Shown here one piece after another: positions 1 through 8,810 of a stretch of DNA of 34,962 nt. Position numbers and translations under genes: made by a program. Each line of letters begins with the position of its first letter. Position 1 is the stretch's first letter. Source of the DNA: a virus (lineage: Duplodnaviria; Caudoviricetes). The stretch covers positions 1 to 34,962 of the IMG/VR virus record IMGVR_UViG_3300037991_002149. The stretch is one strand, 5' to 3'. The notes beneath the pieces were generated by a model. It was not told the origin of the DNA. It ran no database searches and worked only from the letters and a program-made list of their open reading frames with translations.

Positions 1-1
1 A

Positions 2-1408
2 CAAAATGGTACTTATGTGTTTGAGTTTTCAGAAGATGTATATGAAATAGGATTTTTAGTAGGTGCAGTAAACAATTCATATTCTGTTAAATATTATTAT
101 TCAGATAATACAGATGAAACTATAAACAAATCAGGTCAAGATAACTCTGATTTCTCTACTATGTACGATAGCTTTTATAAATCATTTACTGACTACAACA
201 ATGATGAAGCTAACACAGATAAGTTTATTACTAAGTTTGAAGTTACACTATCTGACATATCTGTATTAGATACATTATACTGGCAGTATGCTGATATACC
301 TGTTACAACAACATCTAGTACGACAACAACTACTACCACCACAACAACGACAACGCTACCTAAGGCGGAAGATGTGGTTGAAGATGGTATCACTACTTAC
401 TTGGCTTGGGATGAAAATGGATGCGAACACCCAAACAATCCACTTTCGTATAAAGAATATCTTACAGCTATTGAAAGCAAAGAGTGGTATGGATTTCAAA
501 ATGGAGATTGCTCAGGTCCTACACAAGAAGAACTTGATGCTATCAAAGCTGAAGAAGAGCGTATCGCAGAGGAAGAACGACTAGCAGAAGAGAAGCGTTT
601 AGAAGAAGAGCGTTTAGCTGAAGAGGAAAGACTTGCTGAAGAGAAGCGTTTAGAAGAAGAGCGTATTGCTGCAGAACTTAAAGCACAAGAGGAAGCTGAG
701 GCGTTAGCTGAATTAGAAGAGATTGATGTTGAATTATCTGAAGAAAAATTAGAAGAGTTTGTAGAGGTAGTTAAGGAAGTAGAAGAGTTTGTAGAAACTA
801 TAATAGTTGAGGAAGAAGTTATAGAAATACCTGATGAAATAGTTTATGAGGTAGAGGAGATAGTAGAAGATGACATTGATGTTGTGGTGGAAACTGAAGA
901 AGTGGTTGAGGAAGTATTGGATGAGCCAATACAGGAAATCATTGAGGAAAAACCTGTAGAAGAATACACAGAAGAAGAAATAGAAGTTGTACAAGAGGTA
1001 GTAGATAACGCTATTAATAATGTGGAAGAACTTACAGAAGAGCAGGTTGAGGTAGTTGCTGAAGTATTACAAGTTGAAACTGAAGATGTTGAAATTATTG
1101 CAGAGGCAGTTAAAACAGATGAGGTAGTTGCAGAGGCAGTAGAAGTATTTGTACAAAAAGCTGTAGAGAATGCTGATGTAGAGGACTATACACTTGCTGA
1201 TGTTGTAACAGAGATACAGTACGAACAGTTTATAGAAAACCCAATAGAAGTTTTTATTGACATAGAAAACATTACTGAAATAAACCTAACAAACATTGGT
1301 GATGACATGACATCTGACCAAAAGGAAAAAGCGCAAGAAGTTGTAGTGCCTGTTATTTTGACTAGAATAGCTACTATGGCATCTTTTATGTTTAGGAAAA
1401 CATTATGA
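2..1408 (+). CDS. Acidic low-complexity/coiled-coil protein with Thr-rich linker and hydrophobic C-terminus (probably 5'-truncated)
   Basis: The frame is open from base 2, upstream of the GTG at 17. It has a poly-T linker, EEERLAEEKRL repeats, an E/V-rich body and a hydrophobic end (VVVPVILTRIATMASFMF). The stop overlaps the next start (ATGA). Confidence 0.75.
   Translation, partial: QNGTYVFEFSEDVYEIGFLVGAVNNSYSVKYYYSDNTDETINKSGQDNSDFSTMYDSFYKSFTDYNNDEANTDKFITKFEVTLSDISVLDTLYWQYADIPVTTTSSTTTTTTTTTTTTLPKAEDVVEDGITTYLAWDENGCEHPNNPLSYKEYLTAIESKEWYGFQNGDCSGPTQEELDAIKAEEERIAEEERLAEEKRLEEERLAEEERLAEEKRLEEERIAAELKAQEEAEALAELEEIDVELSEEKLEEFVEVVKEVEEFVETIIVEEEVIEIPDEIVYEVEEIVEDDIDVVVETEEVVEEVLDEPIQEIIEEKPVEEYTEEEIEVVQEVVDNAINNVEELTEEQVEVVAEVLQVETEDVEIIAEAVKTDEVVAEAVEVFVQKAVENADVEDYTLADVVTEIQYEQFIENPIEVFIDIENITEINLTNIGDDMTSDQKEKAQEVVVPVILTRIATMASFMFRKTL
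551..670 (+). repeat. Coding tandem repeat (EEERLA/EEKRL)n, single-alpha-helix-like
   Basis: gaagagaagcgtttagaagaagagcgt occurs twice, within degenerate 15-18 nt units. Confidence 0.85.
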
Positions 1409-1623
1409 TTAAAAAAATTTGGAATTGGTTTATAGAAATAATTAAAGAAACATTAAACCTTTCGTGGACACTTGTTGGGCTAGTGATTGCGACACTCACT
1501 TTAACAGGAAGCGCACAACAGATTACAGGTTTAGCTACAGTAATAACACTTGGTGTGTGGTTACTAACAATAAGATTTAGAAAAGAAAAACAAGATAAAC
1601 AACCGAAAGGAAGAAGTAAATAA
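1405..1623 (+). CDS. Small two-TM membrane protein (holin/antiholin-like)
   Basis: Two hydrophobic segments and a basic C-terminal tail; translationally coupled to its neighbours; lies next to lysis genes. Confidence 0.7.
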   Translation: MIKKIWNWFIEIIKETLNLSWTLVGLVIATLTLTGSAQQITGLATVITLGVWLLTIRFRKEKQDKQPKGRSK

Positions 1624-1661
1624 TGGATTGTTGTGGTGGTGGCTGCTGTGGCGGTAAATAA
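1623..1661 (+). CDS. Putative 12-aa Cys/Gly peptide MDCCGGGCCGGK
   Basis: TAATG overlap with the upstream gene; hand translation. Confidence 0.35.
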   Translation: MDCCGGGCCGGK

Positions 1662-1752
1662 ATACTGCACATCATACATTGATAATAAAGGAACACATAT
1701 AACTATATGTAATTGTAAGAATGGGGGAATAGGTGAAATTAAATGTAGTTAG
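1648..1752 (+). CDS. Putative 34-aa Cys-rich peptide (MAVNKYCTSYIDNKGTHITICNCKNGGIGEIKCS)
   Basis: GTG start after GGTGG; fills the gap before 1733; hand translation. Confidence 0.35.
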   Translation: MAVNKYCTSYIDNKGTHITICNCKNGGIGEIKCS

Positions 1753-2236
1753 AACGCAATTTGGAGAAGAAGCAACAAATGGTTTGTTGTTTATTGATGG
1801 TGTATTTGAGTGTTATACACTAGAGGACCAATATCAAAAAGTTAAAGTAATGCACGAAACATGTATTCCTGAAGGTACATATCAAATAAAATTAAGAAAT
1901 GAAGGTGGTTTTTCAAGCAGATACCTGCAGAAATATGGAGATGAGTTTCATAAAGGTATGCTTCATATACAAGATGTTCCTGGATTTGAGTGGATTTTGG
2001 TGCATCAGGGGAATACCGACCTCCACACCTCAGGTTGTTTGATTTTGGGCGATACTCAGCAGGATTTAGACAAGAGTAAACGAGGATTTATTGGTAATTC
2101 TAAGGATGCGTACAAGAAAATGTACCCTAAAGTAAGAGATGCTTTGTTAAATGGAGAGAAAGTTACCATAGAATATAGTAAAATTAACTTAAGTAAAAAA
2201 CTGAAACCTAATTTAAAGTGGAGGATATTAAGTTAA
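1733..2236 (+). CDS. DUF5675-like protein (putative cell-wall-acting/lysis enzyme)
   Basis: Motifs T.G.LFIDG.F.CYTLED, CIPEGTY, VPGFEWILVH.GNT..HTSGCLILG, typical of DUF5675; adjacent to a holin. Confidence 0.8.
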   Translation: MKLNVVRTQFGEEATNGLLFIDGVFECYTLEDQYQKVKVMHETCIPEGTYQIKLRNEGGFSSRYLQKYGDEFHKGMLHIQDVPGFEWILVHQGNTDLHTSGCLILGDTQQDLDKSKRGFIGNSKDAYKKMYPKVRDALLNGEKVTIEYSKINLSKKLKPNLKWRILS

Positions 2237-2517
2237 TGTTTGAAAAATTTAAAAGAGCAAGAAATCAAGAGGGGAAGTTTAAGAAAGACTTGTGGTGGAC
2301 ACCTTGGAATGAAGCATGGGAGTACAAAATGAGTGATGACCTTAAAGATATGATTGAGCGTACCGCTTGGACATTCGTAGAGGCGTTCATTGGCGCATTA
2401 ACAGTTGCACCATTAGTTGGTGTAGAAGCTGAAACACTACAGTTAGCTGCATTAGCAGGTGGTGGTGCTGCTTTAGCTGTAATTAAAACATACGCTAAAA
2501 AACAAATTACTAAGTAA
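2236..2517 (+). CDS. r1t-type holin with N-terminal RARN..G.F..D...TP.NEAW extension
   Basis: GGAGG RBS before ATG 2236 (TAATG overlap). DMIERTAWTFVEAFIGAL resembles the r1t holin ERAxxTF motif; two TM segments. Confidence 0.7.
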   Translation: MFEKFKRARNQEGKFKKDLWWTPWNEAWEYKMSDDLKDMIERTAWTFVEAFIGALTVAPLVGVEAETLQLAALAGGGAALAVIKTYAKKQITK

Positions 2518-2576
2518 ATACCTAAGTTGTCATACATCTACTGTAAAATAGATGTTGACAATAAAGGAGGGTATTT

Positions 2577-3758
2577 ATGTCAAAGAAAAAAGGAATACCT
2601 GCAGAAAATAGTAACAATTACTTTAAAGCAGGTTGGAAACCTACAGTAGACTTTGACCACACAACAGGTGTAGGCGAAATTACACATGTAGGTACAGACC
2701 CAAACTACGAAAACAAGACAGATGAGATACTTCGTAGTTGGGGATTTGACCCAAAGCTATACGAAATTGATGGAATACTAAAAGTATCATCATGGAACGC
2801 ACAACTTAAAGGCGGTATAGTTGAAACATTCTACGCATTTAAAGGCAGTGTAAGAAGAAAATCTGCAAATCGTGACAAATACTTTAACTCGCTGTTTAAA
2901 CATGCTGTTAAGAAGCCGCCATTACCTAAGCATAAATTGTTTGGTGGTGATACAGCATTCTTTTTCTTTATGTCTGATTGGCAATTAGGCAAAGATGACT
3001 TCGGTGTAGAGAATACAATTAAAAGATATGACATAGCATTGCAAGATGCACTTGCTTTGTTAAAAAACTACAGGAAGATAGGTTACCAAATAGATGAAAT
3101 ATATCTAGTAGGAATGGGTGACCTTACAGAAAACTGTACAAAATTTTTCTACGACAGCCAACCCTACAATGTTTCGTTAAATCTTATGGAACAATACAGC
3201 CTAGCTAGAGCAATGATGTTTAAAACTGTAGAAACATTCCTACCTCATGCAGACAAAATTGTTTTGACAGGTGTTCCAGGTAACCATGGTGAGATGTCAA
3301 GAAGTGCAAAAGGTCAGGTATCAACAAGCAGGTTAGATAATTCAGACACCATGCACATAGAAATTATGAAAGAAATCTTTGATGCAAATCCTGATAGATT
3401 TAAAAAAGTCGAGGTAATAATTCCTGATGATTATCATCTTACGCTTGTGGTCAAAGAAAAGCAGATGTCTTTTACACATGGACACATGACAGGAGGCGGT
3501 GGAAACGCAGAAGCAAAAATAGAAAAGTGGTGGAAAGGACAGATGTATGGATTTCTTCCTAGTGCCAACTCAAATATACTTGTAACTGCACACTATCATC
3601 ATTTTCGTGCTAAGCAACAAGGCGATAGACAGTGGTTTCAATGCCCAAGTTTAGATAAGAGTTTAGATTTTACAGCTAGGACAGGCTTGTGGTCTCATCC
3701 TGGTGTATTAACACTGCTTGTTAATGACAGGGGTGCATCATTCCCTGTCATTGTTTAA
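2577..3758 (+). CDS. Calcineurin-like metallophosphoesterase (Mre11/SbcD-like)
   Basis: Motifs SDWQLGK, GDLTEN, PGNHGE, THGH, AHYHH; strong AAGGAGG RBS. Confidence 0.88.
   Translation: MSKKKGIPAENSNNYFKAGWKPTVDFDHTTGVGEITHVGTDPNYENKTDEILRSWGFDPKLYEIDGILKVSSWNAQLKGGIVETFYAFKGSVRRKSANRDKYFNSLFKHAVKKPPLPKHKLFGGDTAFFFFMSDWQLGKDDFGVENTIKRYDIALQDALALLKNYRKIGYQIDEIYLVGMGDLTENCTKFFYDSQPYNVSLNLMEQYSLARAMMFKTVETFLPHADKIVLTGVPGNHGEMSRSAKGQVSTSRLDNSDTMHIEIMKEIFDANPDRFKKVEVIIPDDYHLTLVVKEKQMSFTHGHMTGGGGNAEAKIEKWWKGQMYGFLPSANSNILVTAHYHHFRAKQQGDRQWFQCPSLDKSLDFTARTGLWSHPGVLTLLVNDRGASFPVIV
3723..3752. terminator. Hairpin at the convergent gene junction (possible bidirectional terminator)
   Basis: aatgacaggg...ccctgtcatt 10-bp stem where the + and - arms meet; immediately followed by TGTTTAAACA. 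Confidence 0.45.
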
Positions 3759-4127
3759 ACAAGCTGTAGCCAATTCTTCTATAGGTAGTAATATGCCTTT
3801 AGAATTATTGTCATCACCACCGACAACATCTTTGTCTGTGCCTACATACTTTCTACATAGGTCTTTTAATACAGCCACAGGGATAATGTAAGTCATTACA
3901 GGTTCATCATCTCTCACTAACATCAAAGCCCAATACTCTGCTTCGGTTACAGATAAGCCACTCTTTGTACCTTTGTATTCGTATTCTACAAAATGATTAC
4001 CTGTCTTTTCCCACAGGTGTCGCTCACTCTTGACTTCAATCTTAGTGCCTGTAAAAAACTCACTCAATTTTTGTTCCATTTCTAAACCTTTTGCTAGGTC
4101 TAAATCAAACTTTTTATTACTGCTCAT
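3738..4127 (-). CDS. PD-(D/E)XK-like nuclease
   Basis: E..L...KIEVKSE...TGNHFVE...SGL..TEAEYW pattern of a common phage nuclease family; likely start MSSNKKFDLDL. Confidence 0.7.
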   Translation of the reverse strand: MSSNKKFDLDLAKGLEMEQKLSEFFTGTKIEVKSERHLWEKTGNHFVEYEYKGTKSGLSVTEAEYWALMLVRDDEPVMTYIIPVAVLKDLCRKYVGTDKDVVGGDDNNSKGILLPIEELATACLNNDRE

Positions 4128-4533
4128 ACCAACAATCCTTACTGCTATTCCAATGATGAGAACCACTGTTGTAATATAACCAACTTGCAGTTTTAATATT
4201 CACGCTTGGGGTCTTACGATTACCCTCAATGTTTAATTTATTTTTAAGCCAAAGCCATGTGTTATCCCAAAATTGAAACAACCCAACATCAGTTGAGTTA
4301 TCTCTGTTTGTATTAACAGCATTTGGTCTGCCACTGCTTTCACAATAAATAATAAGTAGTGCCTCTCTTACATCTTCTTTTTTAAAATAAAGACTTACGC
4401 TTTCTTCCCATTCAATAACATGCGAAACTTTTTCGTTGTTGTTTAAACAAGAGGCATAAGCCTTTATTTCATCTAGTGTTTCTTGTGTTGGCGTTGCACA
4501 CAGTATCAACGAACTTAATACAACGCCATACAT
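4117..4533 (-). CDS. Lytic transglycosylase (SLT/Rpf-like) with N-terminal signal/anchor
   Basis: Catalytic CESSG, DVGLFQF...TW, and SGSHHW...C motifs. Confidence 0.85.
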   Translation of the reverse strand: MYGVVLSSLILCATPTQETLDEIKAYASCLNNNEKVSHVIEWEESVSLYFKKEDVREALLIIYCESSGRPNAVNTNRDNSTDVGLFQFWDNTWLWLKNKLNIEGNRKTPSVNIKTASWLYYNSGSHHWNSSKDCWYEQ

Positions 4534-4928
4534 TAGAACTCTGTACCGCTACTATCTTCGCTCTTAAATGTTTCTTTAAGTAAATCTCTAAGTCTATTTA
4601 CTTCATTCAATCTCTGTGTTTCAAGTTTCTTCATTATCTCGTGTAACTCACCTAACATAAGTGTAGCCTCAAACTTGTCCTCACTATTAACAAAAGTTAC
4701 ATCTATGTTGTATAAATCACCCCAACTAAGATAGATTTCGCCATAAGCACTAGGCAATGCAAAAGACATACCGCCTCTTTCTTTGTCTAATCTTTTAGCT
4801 AACCAATTACTGCTATCAATTTCTAGTTCAGTAAAGATACGAACTAAACCATTAAAGCCATAATCTGTATCGCTTATCTTAGGTTTACTGTCATCATTAG
4901 AATGGGATTTCATCTTGTTTTCTTCCAT
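4533..4928 (-). CDS. Hypothetical protein
   Basis: ORF track; AGAAAGGA RBS upstream of MEENK (4928); TAATG coupling to the downstream gene. Confidence 0.7.
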   Translation of the reverse strand: MEENKMKSHSNDDSKPKISDTDYGFNGLVRIFTELEIDSSNWLAKRLDKERGGMSFALPSAYGEIYLSWGDLYNIDVTFVNSEDKFEATLMLGELHEIMKKLETQRLNEVNRLRDLLKETFKSEDSSGTEF

Positions 4929-5211
4929 TGTATTTCCTTTCTTCAGCAGTAGTGATAATTGCATTGCACCTCACATCTGCCTTGTAATGTGTCTTTTCAT
5001 CTATCTGTTTAAACAAGTAGACACACATTTCATTATCTTGTGTGTCGATTACCAAAGGTCTTTCACTTTGCTTTGGGCATTGCATACCCTCGACAACTAA
5101 CTTACATCTTCTATCTAAAGGCGCAGGTTTATCAAAATCGTGTTCAGGATAACGCACCTTTAGTTTTTCTTTTAATCTTTCTATGTTGATACTTGTATGC
5201 TCTAAAGCCAT
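4897..5211 (-). CDS. Hypothetical Cys-containing protein with SSB-like acidic tail (DEIPF)
   Basis: ORF track; directly downstream of the Sak-like recombinase. Confidence 0.7.
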   Translation of the reverse strand: MALEHTSINIERLKEKLKVRYPEHDFDKPAPLDRRCKLVVEGMQCPKQSERPLVIDTQDNEMCVYLFKQIDEKTHYKADVRCNAIITTAEERKYNGRKQDEIPF

Positions 5212-6107
5212 GAACTAGGAACTTCTCTTTCACCTTTAGAACCAATGTAGCCTCCCCAACCACAACCATTTGATTGTCCATAGTTGGAACATGTAAAGTC
5301 AGGAATGTTTTTAAACTTAACATCACTTTCTTTTTTCTCTCTATTGTCCTCTATGTAGTCAGTTTTTTTACATTGAGGGCATACCTTTGTGTTGTCCTTA
5401 ACCTCGCCAAAGACATCTTCTACAATTTCTTTGTCGCTAGGTTTTTCTACAACTTCTTGTTGGTCTTGTGCTTGTACTTGATAAAACAAGTCTAAGAATT
5501 TATCTAACTCAAAACTTGACCACTTACCCATGTTTGTTTCATGTGTTTGTTTAAACAAGTTCCATGCCTCTAGCTTGTACTTAGTTCTAAGTTCACTATC
5601 TTTTTCAGCATGTTCTAATTCGTTAGTAATTCTTGCTAGGTAATCCTCTTTAGTAGTTTCCTTAACAACTTCTTTAGAAGAATTATCTAATTGTTTTATA
5701 ACTTCTTTAGCCTCTGCCTCTGCATAATGTTCTTCCTCTGTGCTTTCACCTACCCATAGATGTAGCCCAAGTCCAAACCTCATGCAACATCTTTTAATGC
5801 TGTCGCTAACTGCAAGTTTAAGAACTTCGCTTTCGGTATTGTTTTCAAGTTGATACTTACTTACATCACCAACTTCTTCTACAACACCCAAGCCCTCTAT
5901 TTCAAGTCTGCCTTTAGCACCGACAATGGCATTGTCTTTGCCTCGTACTTCCTCAAAAGTAAAGTTGTATTTGCCTCCAATGACTTCTACTAATCTTTTA
6001 GTGTACAAGTGATGAGGAACATATTCGCCATACTTACCCTTTGGCGCAGGTCTTACATCTTTCTTGTTAAAGTCTTTTATTAATTTCTTGTGTGTTTCTT
6101 TATCCAT
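5202..6107 (-). CDS. Rad52/Sak-like single-strand annealing protein with C-terminal Zn ribbon
   Basis: YV......RL..V.G, K.AVSDSIKRCCMRFGLGLHLW (Rad52/22 signature); CPQC...PDFTC...CGW. Confidence 0.85.
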   Translation of the reverse strand: MDKETHKKLIKDFNKKDVRPAPKGKYGEYVPHHLYTKRLVEVIGGKYNFTFEEVRGKDNAIVGAKGRLEIEGLGVVEEVGDVSKYQLENNTESEVLKLAVSDSIKRCCMRFGLGLHLWVGESTEEEHYAEAEAKEVIKQLDNSSKEVVKETTKEDYLARITNELEHAEKDSELRTKYKLEAWNLFKQTHETNMGKWSSFELDKFLDLFYQVQAQDQQEVVEKPSDKEIVEDVFGEVKDNTKVCPQCKKTDYIEDNREKKESDVKFKNIPDFTCSNYGQSNGCGWGGYIGSKGEREVPSSWL

Positions 6108-6310
6108 TTTTTACTATCCTTTTCTATAATTTTGTATACCCTTTGTCTACTTATATTTAAAACATCTGCAATTTCCTGTACTCTGAACCCGCTGTTTAAA
6201 CAGACAGCAATAGCCTTGCTACGATTTGCAATACAAACATCTAAGTTTGCTTTACTTCTCTCGTACAGTTCTTGTGATTGCTTTAACACTCTAATTTCTT
6301 TGTGCGACAT
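6080..6310 (-). CDS. HTH DNA-binding protein (sigma70 region 4-like)
   Basis: VQEIADVLNISRQRVYKII; GGAGGTG RBS. Confidence 0.85.
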   Translation of the reverse strand: MSHKEIRVLKQSQELYERSKANLDVCIANRSKAIAVCLNSGFRVQEIADVLNISRQRVYKIIEKDSKKWIKKHTRN

Positions 6311-6453
6311 TATTCTTTCACCTCCTCGTATTGTGATGATAAAACTTTATGACCTTTCATATTGTTTATGTACATAATTAAAAAACTTACTGCACCCTCG
6401 CCTTGTCTTACCAAGTTCTTAGTGTCAATCTCTATGCCCAAAGTTAATTTCAT
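6310..6453 (-). CDS. Hypothetical 47-aa protein (MKLTLGIEIDTKNLVRQGEG...)
   Basis: Hand-translated; fills the gap, with TAATG coupling. Confidence 0.65.
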   Translation of the reverse strand: MKLTLGIEIDTKNLVRQGEGAVSFLIMYINNMKGHKVLSSQYEEVKE

Positions 6454-6454
6454 C

Positions 6455-6748
6455 TTAGGCAATGTTTATCCTTTCTTGATGTACTTCTACAGGCAATGAT
6501 GTTTCGTATGCCGAAACTTGTATGCTAGGCAATACTTTCTTGTAGGTAATAAGTTTTGTAGTTGTATTGTTAAAGACTTCTAGTTGTTGAAACTGTGCCT
6601 TTGCAATGTCATTTATTTCTATGAGGATAGGATTTTCATCTATAATCTTATCTTCATCAGCGTTGTACTTATACAAAAACGATATAAGACTTCCTACTTC
6701 TAAATTATGAAACCCTCTTGCGTTCTTGTCTGCTTTTCCTACTGCCAT
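6455..6748 (-). CDS. Hypothetical protein
   Basis: ORF track; GGAGG RBS; TAATG coupling. Confidence 0.75.
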   Translation of the reverse strand: MAVGKADKNARGFHNLEVGSLISFLYKYNADEDKIIDENPILIEINDIAKAQFQQLEVFNNTTTKLITYKKVLPSIQVSAYETSLPVEVHQERINIA

Positions 6749-6900
6749 TATTCCTCCTCCTCTATTGCAATCACTTCTGCACTATCTAATGGATTAGAGT
6801 ATGGATTTTCCTCATAACATTTACTATCTTCAATAGCTTGTTCTTTTGTATCACCAAATCCAACTCTACTAACTTTAAATGTAATTCTATATCTAGCCAT
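6748..6900 (-). CDS. Hypothetical 50-aa protein (MARYRITFKVSRVGFGDTKEQAIED...)
   Basis: Hand-translated; GGAGG RBS; TAATG overlaps at both ends. Confidence 0.75.
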   Translation of the reverse strand: MARYRITFKVSRVGFGDTKEQAIEDSKCYEENPYSNPLDSAEVIAIEEEE

Positions 6901-7103
6901 TATTCCTCCTCGTATAATTCTTTAGCAACTTTTAATATGTTTTCGTTATGGTCTTTAACAAACTCATCTAATAGCTCTCTAATTCTTTGTGAGTTTGTTT
7001 TTTTAAGGTGAATTGTTTTTTGTACTTCTTGTCCACCACAAGCATTAGCTAACTTGATAGCCCATGCTTTAAGTAGCTTTGGCTCATCAAATATATTAGG
7101 CAT
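6900..7103 (-). CDS. Hypothetical protein
   Basis: ORF track; GGGAGG RBS. Confidence 0.75.
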   Translation of the reverse strand: MPNIFDEPKLLKAWAIKLANACGGQEVQKTIHLKKTNSQRIRELLDEFVKDHNENILKVAKELYEEE

Positions 7104-7132
7104 ATTTTTCCTCCCTTTACCTATTGTTGTGT

Positions 7133-7330
7133 TTAACTGTTTATTGGTTCTAATTCGTATAAAGAAACAATAAAGTAGTTAGAACCTGTATCTTTTAACT
7201 CTCTAACTTTTTGCCCTGCCTCCTCTTTGGTTGCGAACCTCCATGAGTAAACACTGCTGTCAAAGATTGATACACTCTTAACTAAGTATTTCATACCCAC
7301 TATGGTAACAGGTATTGAATTATACAACAA
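7133..7330 (-). CDS. Hypothetical protein (start uncertain, perhaps MKYLVKS at about 7294)
   Basis: ORF track; FATKEEA motif common in small phage proteins. Confidence 0.6.
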   Translation of the reverse strand: MLYNSIPVTIVGMKYLVKSVSIFDSSVYSWRFATKEEAGQKVRELKDTGSNYFIVSLYELEPINS

Positions 7331-7356
7331 GTATTTACTACGATTTCACTGCTTGT

Positions 7357-7557
7357 TTAAACAGCCTGTCTTTCTTGTTCTAGTTTTATATACTTATCAA
7401 TTAACTTTATGAAACTTCTTACTGCGCTTAACTCTACATCAAGCTCTTTTGTTTCACTGTCCATTTGATGTTGCTCTTTAGCAACAATCTTTTTAAAACC
7501 AATTAATTCTGCCTCCCATTTTTTTACTGCTATTCGTAAAACTTTTAACATTGTCAT
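7357..7557 (-). CDS. Hypothetical coiled-coil protein
   Basis: ORF track; AGGAGGT RBS; stop codon lies inside TGTTTAAACA. Confidence 0.7.
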   Translation of the reverse strand: MTMLKVLRIAVKKWEAELIGFKKIVAKEQHQMDSETKELDVELSAVRSFIKLIDKYIKLEQERQAV

Positions 7558-7639
7558 CTTTCCACCTCCTATTAATTAATGACCATGAAAGCCCTGTTAG
7601 AATTATCACTAAGATAATCCAATACCACCCATAGTTCAT
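7493..7639 (-). CDS. Possible 48-aa membrane peptide (MNYGWYWIILVIILTGLSWSL...)
   Basis: Hand-translated; one TM segment; weak RBS; overlaps the next gene. Confidence 0.4.
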   Translation of the reverse strand: MNYGWYWIILVIILTGLSWSLINRRWKDDNVKSFTNSSKKMGGRINWF

Positions 7640-7645
7640 TTACAG

Positions 7646-7810
7646 TTAGTCATTCTTTTTACTAACCATAAGTTCCATAGGAATTTTTTTACTTGTACGA
7701 CTTTGCAATAAACCCATATTGCGTTTAGGTGATTGTAATGATTTACTAACCATGTACCTTTTGCCACCTTTTTTAGATTTACTTGCTCTGCGTTGTTGTC
7801 TATTAGCCAT
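7646..7810 (-). CDS. Arg/Lys-rich peptide, 54 aa (MANRQQRRASKSKKGG...)
   Basis: GGAGG RBS upstream of ATG 7810; paralogous to the upstream peptide. Confidence 0.65.
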   Translation of the reverse strand: MANRQQRRASKSKKGGKRYMVSKSLQSPKRNMGLLQSRTSKKIPMELMVSKKND

Positions 7811-7919
7811 AAGTTTTTTTGCCTCCATTCATTCTTCCATTATCAGTAGGTCTTTTTAACCCATAGTAATGTCCACCTTTTTTGCTTTTAGCTTTTCTTC
7901 TTTGGTGTCTGTTCGGCAT
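7803..7919 (-). CDS. Arg/Lys-rich peptide, 38 aa (MPNRHQRRKAKSKKGGHYYGLKRP...)
   Basis: Hand-translated; GAGGAGG RBS; TAATG coupling. Confidence 0.7.
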   Translation of the reverse strand: MPNRHQRRKAKSKKGGHYYGLKRPTDNGRMNGGKKTYG

Positions 7920-8095
7920 TATTCCTCCTCATCTAATGGTTGATACCAAACAACGATACTGTCATCTAGTTCCAACTCGTATTGTGATTTATCTGCTAAT
8001 TCTTCTTTAGAGTATGTGCTTGTATATCCCCAATTAGTATGACCATAATTGTTTTCTACATACTCATCTATGTATTCAGTAATATCTCTACCCAT
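7919..8095 (-). CDS. Hypothetical acidic 58-aa protein (MGRDITEYIDEYVENNYGH...)
   Basis: Hand-translated; AGAAAGGA RBS. Confidence 0.7.
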   Translation of the reverse strand: MGRDITEYIDEYVENNYGHTNWGYTSTYSKEELADKSQYELELDDSIVVWYQPLDEEE

Positions 8096-8218
8096 CAATT
8101 TATCCTTTCTATAAAAGTTGCAATACCCAATAAAATTAGGTTATTGACTATGGGCATTAGTGCCACTCAAATTTTTTGAATGGCTCTAATCGCCTTAAAA
8201 TGCCCTGTTGTTTTTTAA

Positions 8219-8566
8219 TTAAGCTGTATTAGGTGCTAACATGCCTATTTCTTTATAAGCTATGTCGGCTAACGAATAATATATAGCTTGTTGATATTTA
8301 TATTGTTCATAGATTTGATAACCTAATTCCTCCATATAACTATCAAGCTTTTCTTTTATTTCTTCGTTAGTCTTACCAAGTTTCTTTAATCTTTGTGCCT
8401 CTAACACTGCGTTTTCGCCAAAATCCACAATTCTTTGTGTAGCAACAGGTTTGATTACCCTGCCATATTCAGCACGATTTACATTCTCTTTGCTGTAAAT
8501 TATGCCTTGTTCTACTAAATTGCGAAAGGTATTTATTTTTAACCCTTTGATTAAGTTATGCGACAT
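8219..8566 (-). CDS. Hypothetical protein
   Basis: ORF track; GAGGAGG RBS. Confidence 0.8.
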   Translation of the reverse strand: MSHNLIKGLKINTFRNLVEQGIIYSKENVNRAEYGRVIKPVATQRIVDFGENAVLEAQRLKKLGKTNEEIKEKLDSYMEELGYQIYEQYKYQQAIYYSLADIAYKEIGMLAPNTA

Positions 8567-8590
8567 TTGTCCTCCTCTATATTTTTGTGT

Positions 8591-8661
8591 ACAGCTACCA
8601 CTATAGTTGTAGATATTTATTTTATCAATAGATATTTACTATAATGGTAGCTGTTTAAACA
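8591..8661 (-). other. 17-bp stem hairpin abutting a TGTTTAAACA site
   Basis: acagctaccactatagt (8591-8607) / actataatggtagctgt (8638-8654); the one mismatch is G-U on the minus strand. Confidence 0.75.
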
Positions 8662-8810
8662 AAGACCTTTTGATACTTGTCTAGGTATGACACACTTCTG
8701 TCAAGCAGTCGATATGAGTTATAGACTTCGACTAGTCTTGCTATTTACCGATTAGCGTTTCCTTACCCCTACTAATCGTTCAAGGCTCTCTTTAATAAGT
8801 GAGGGCTTTA

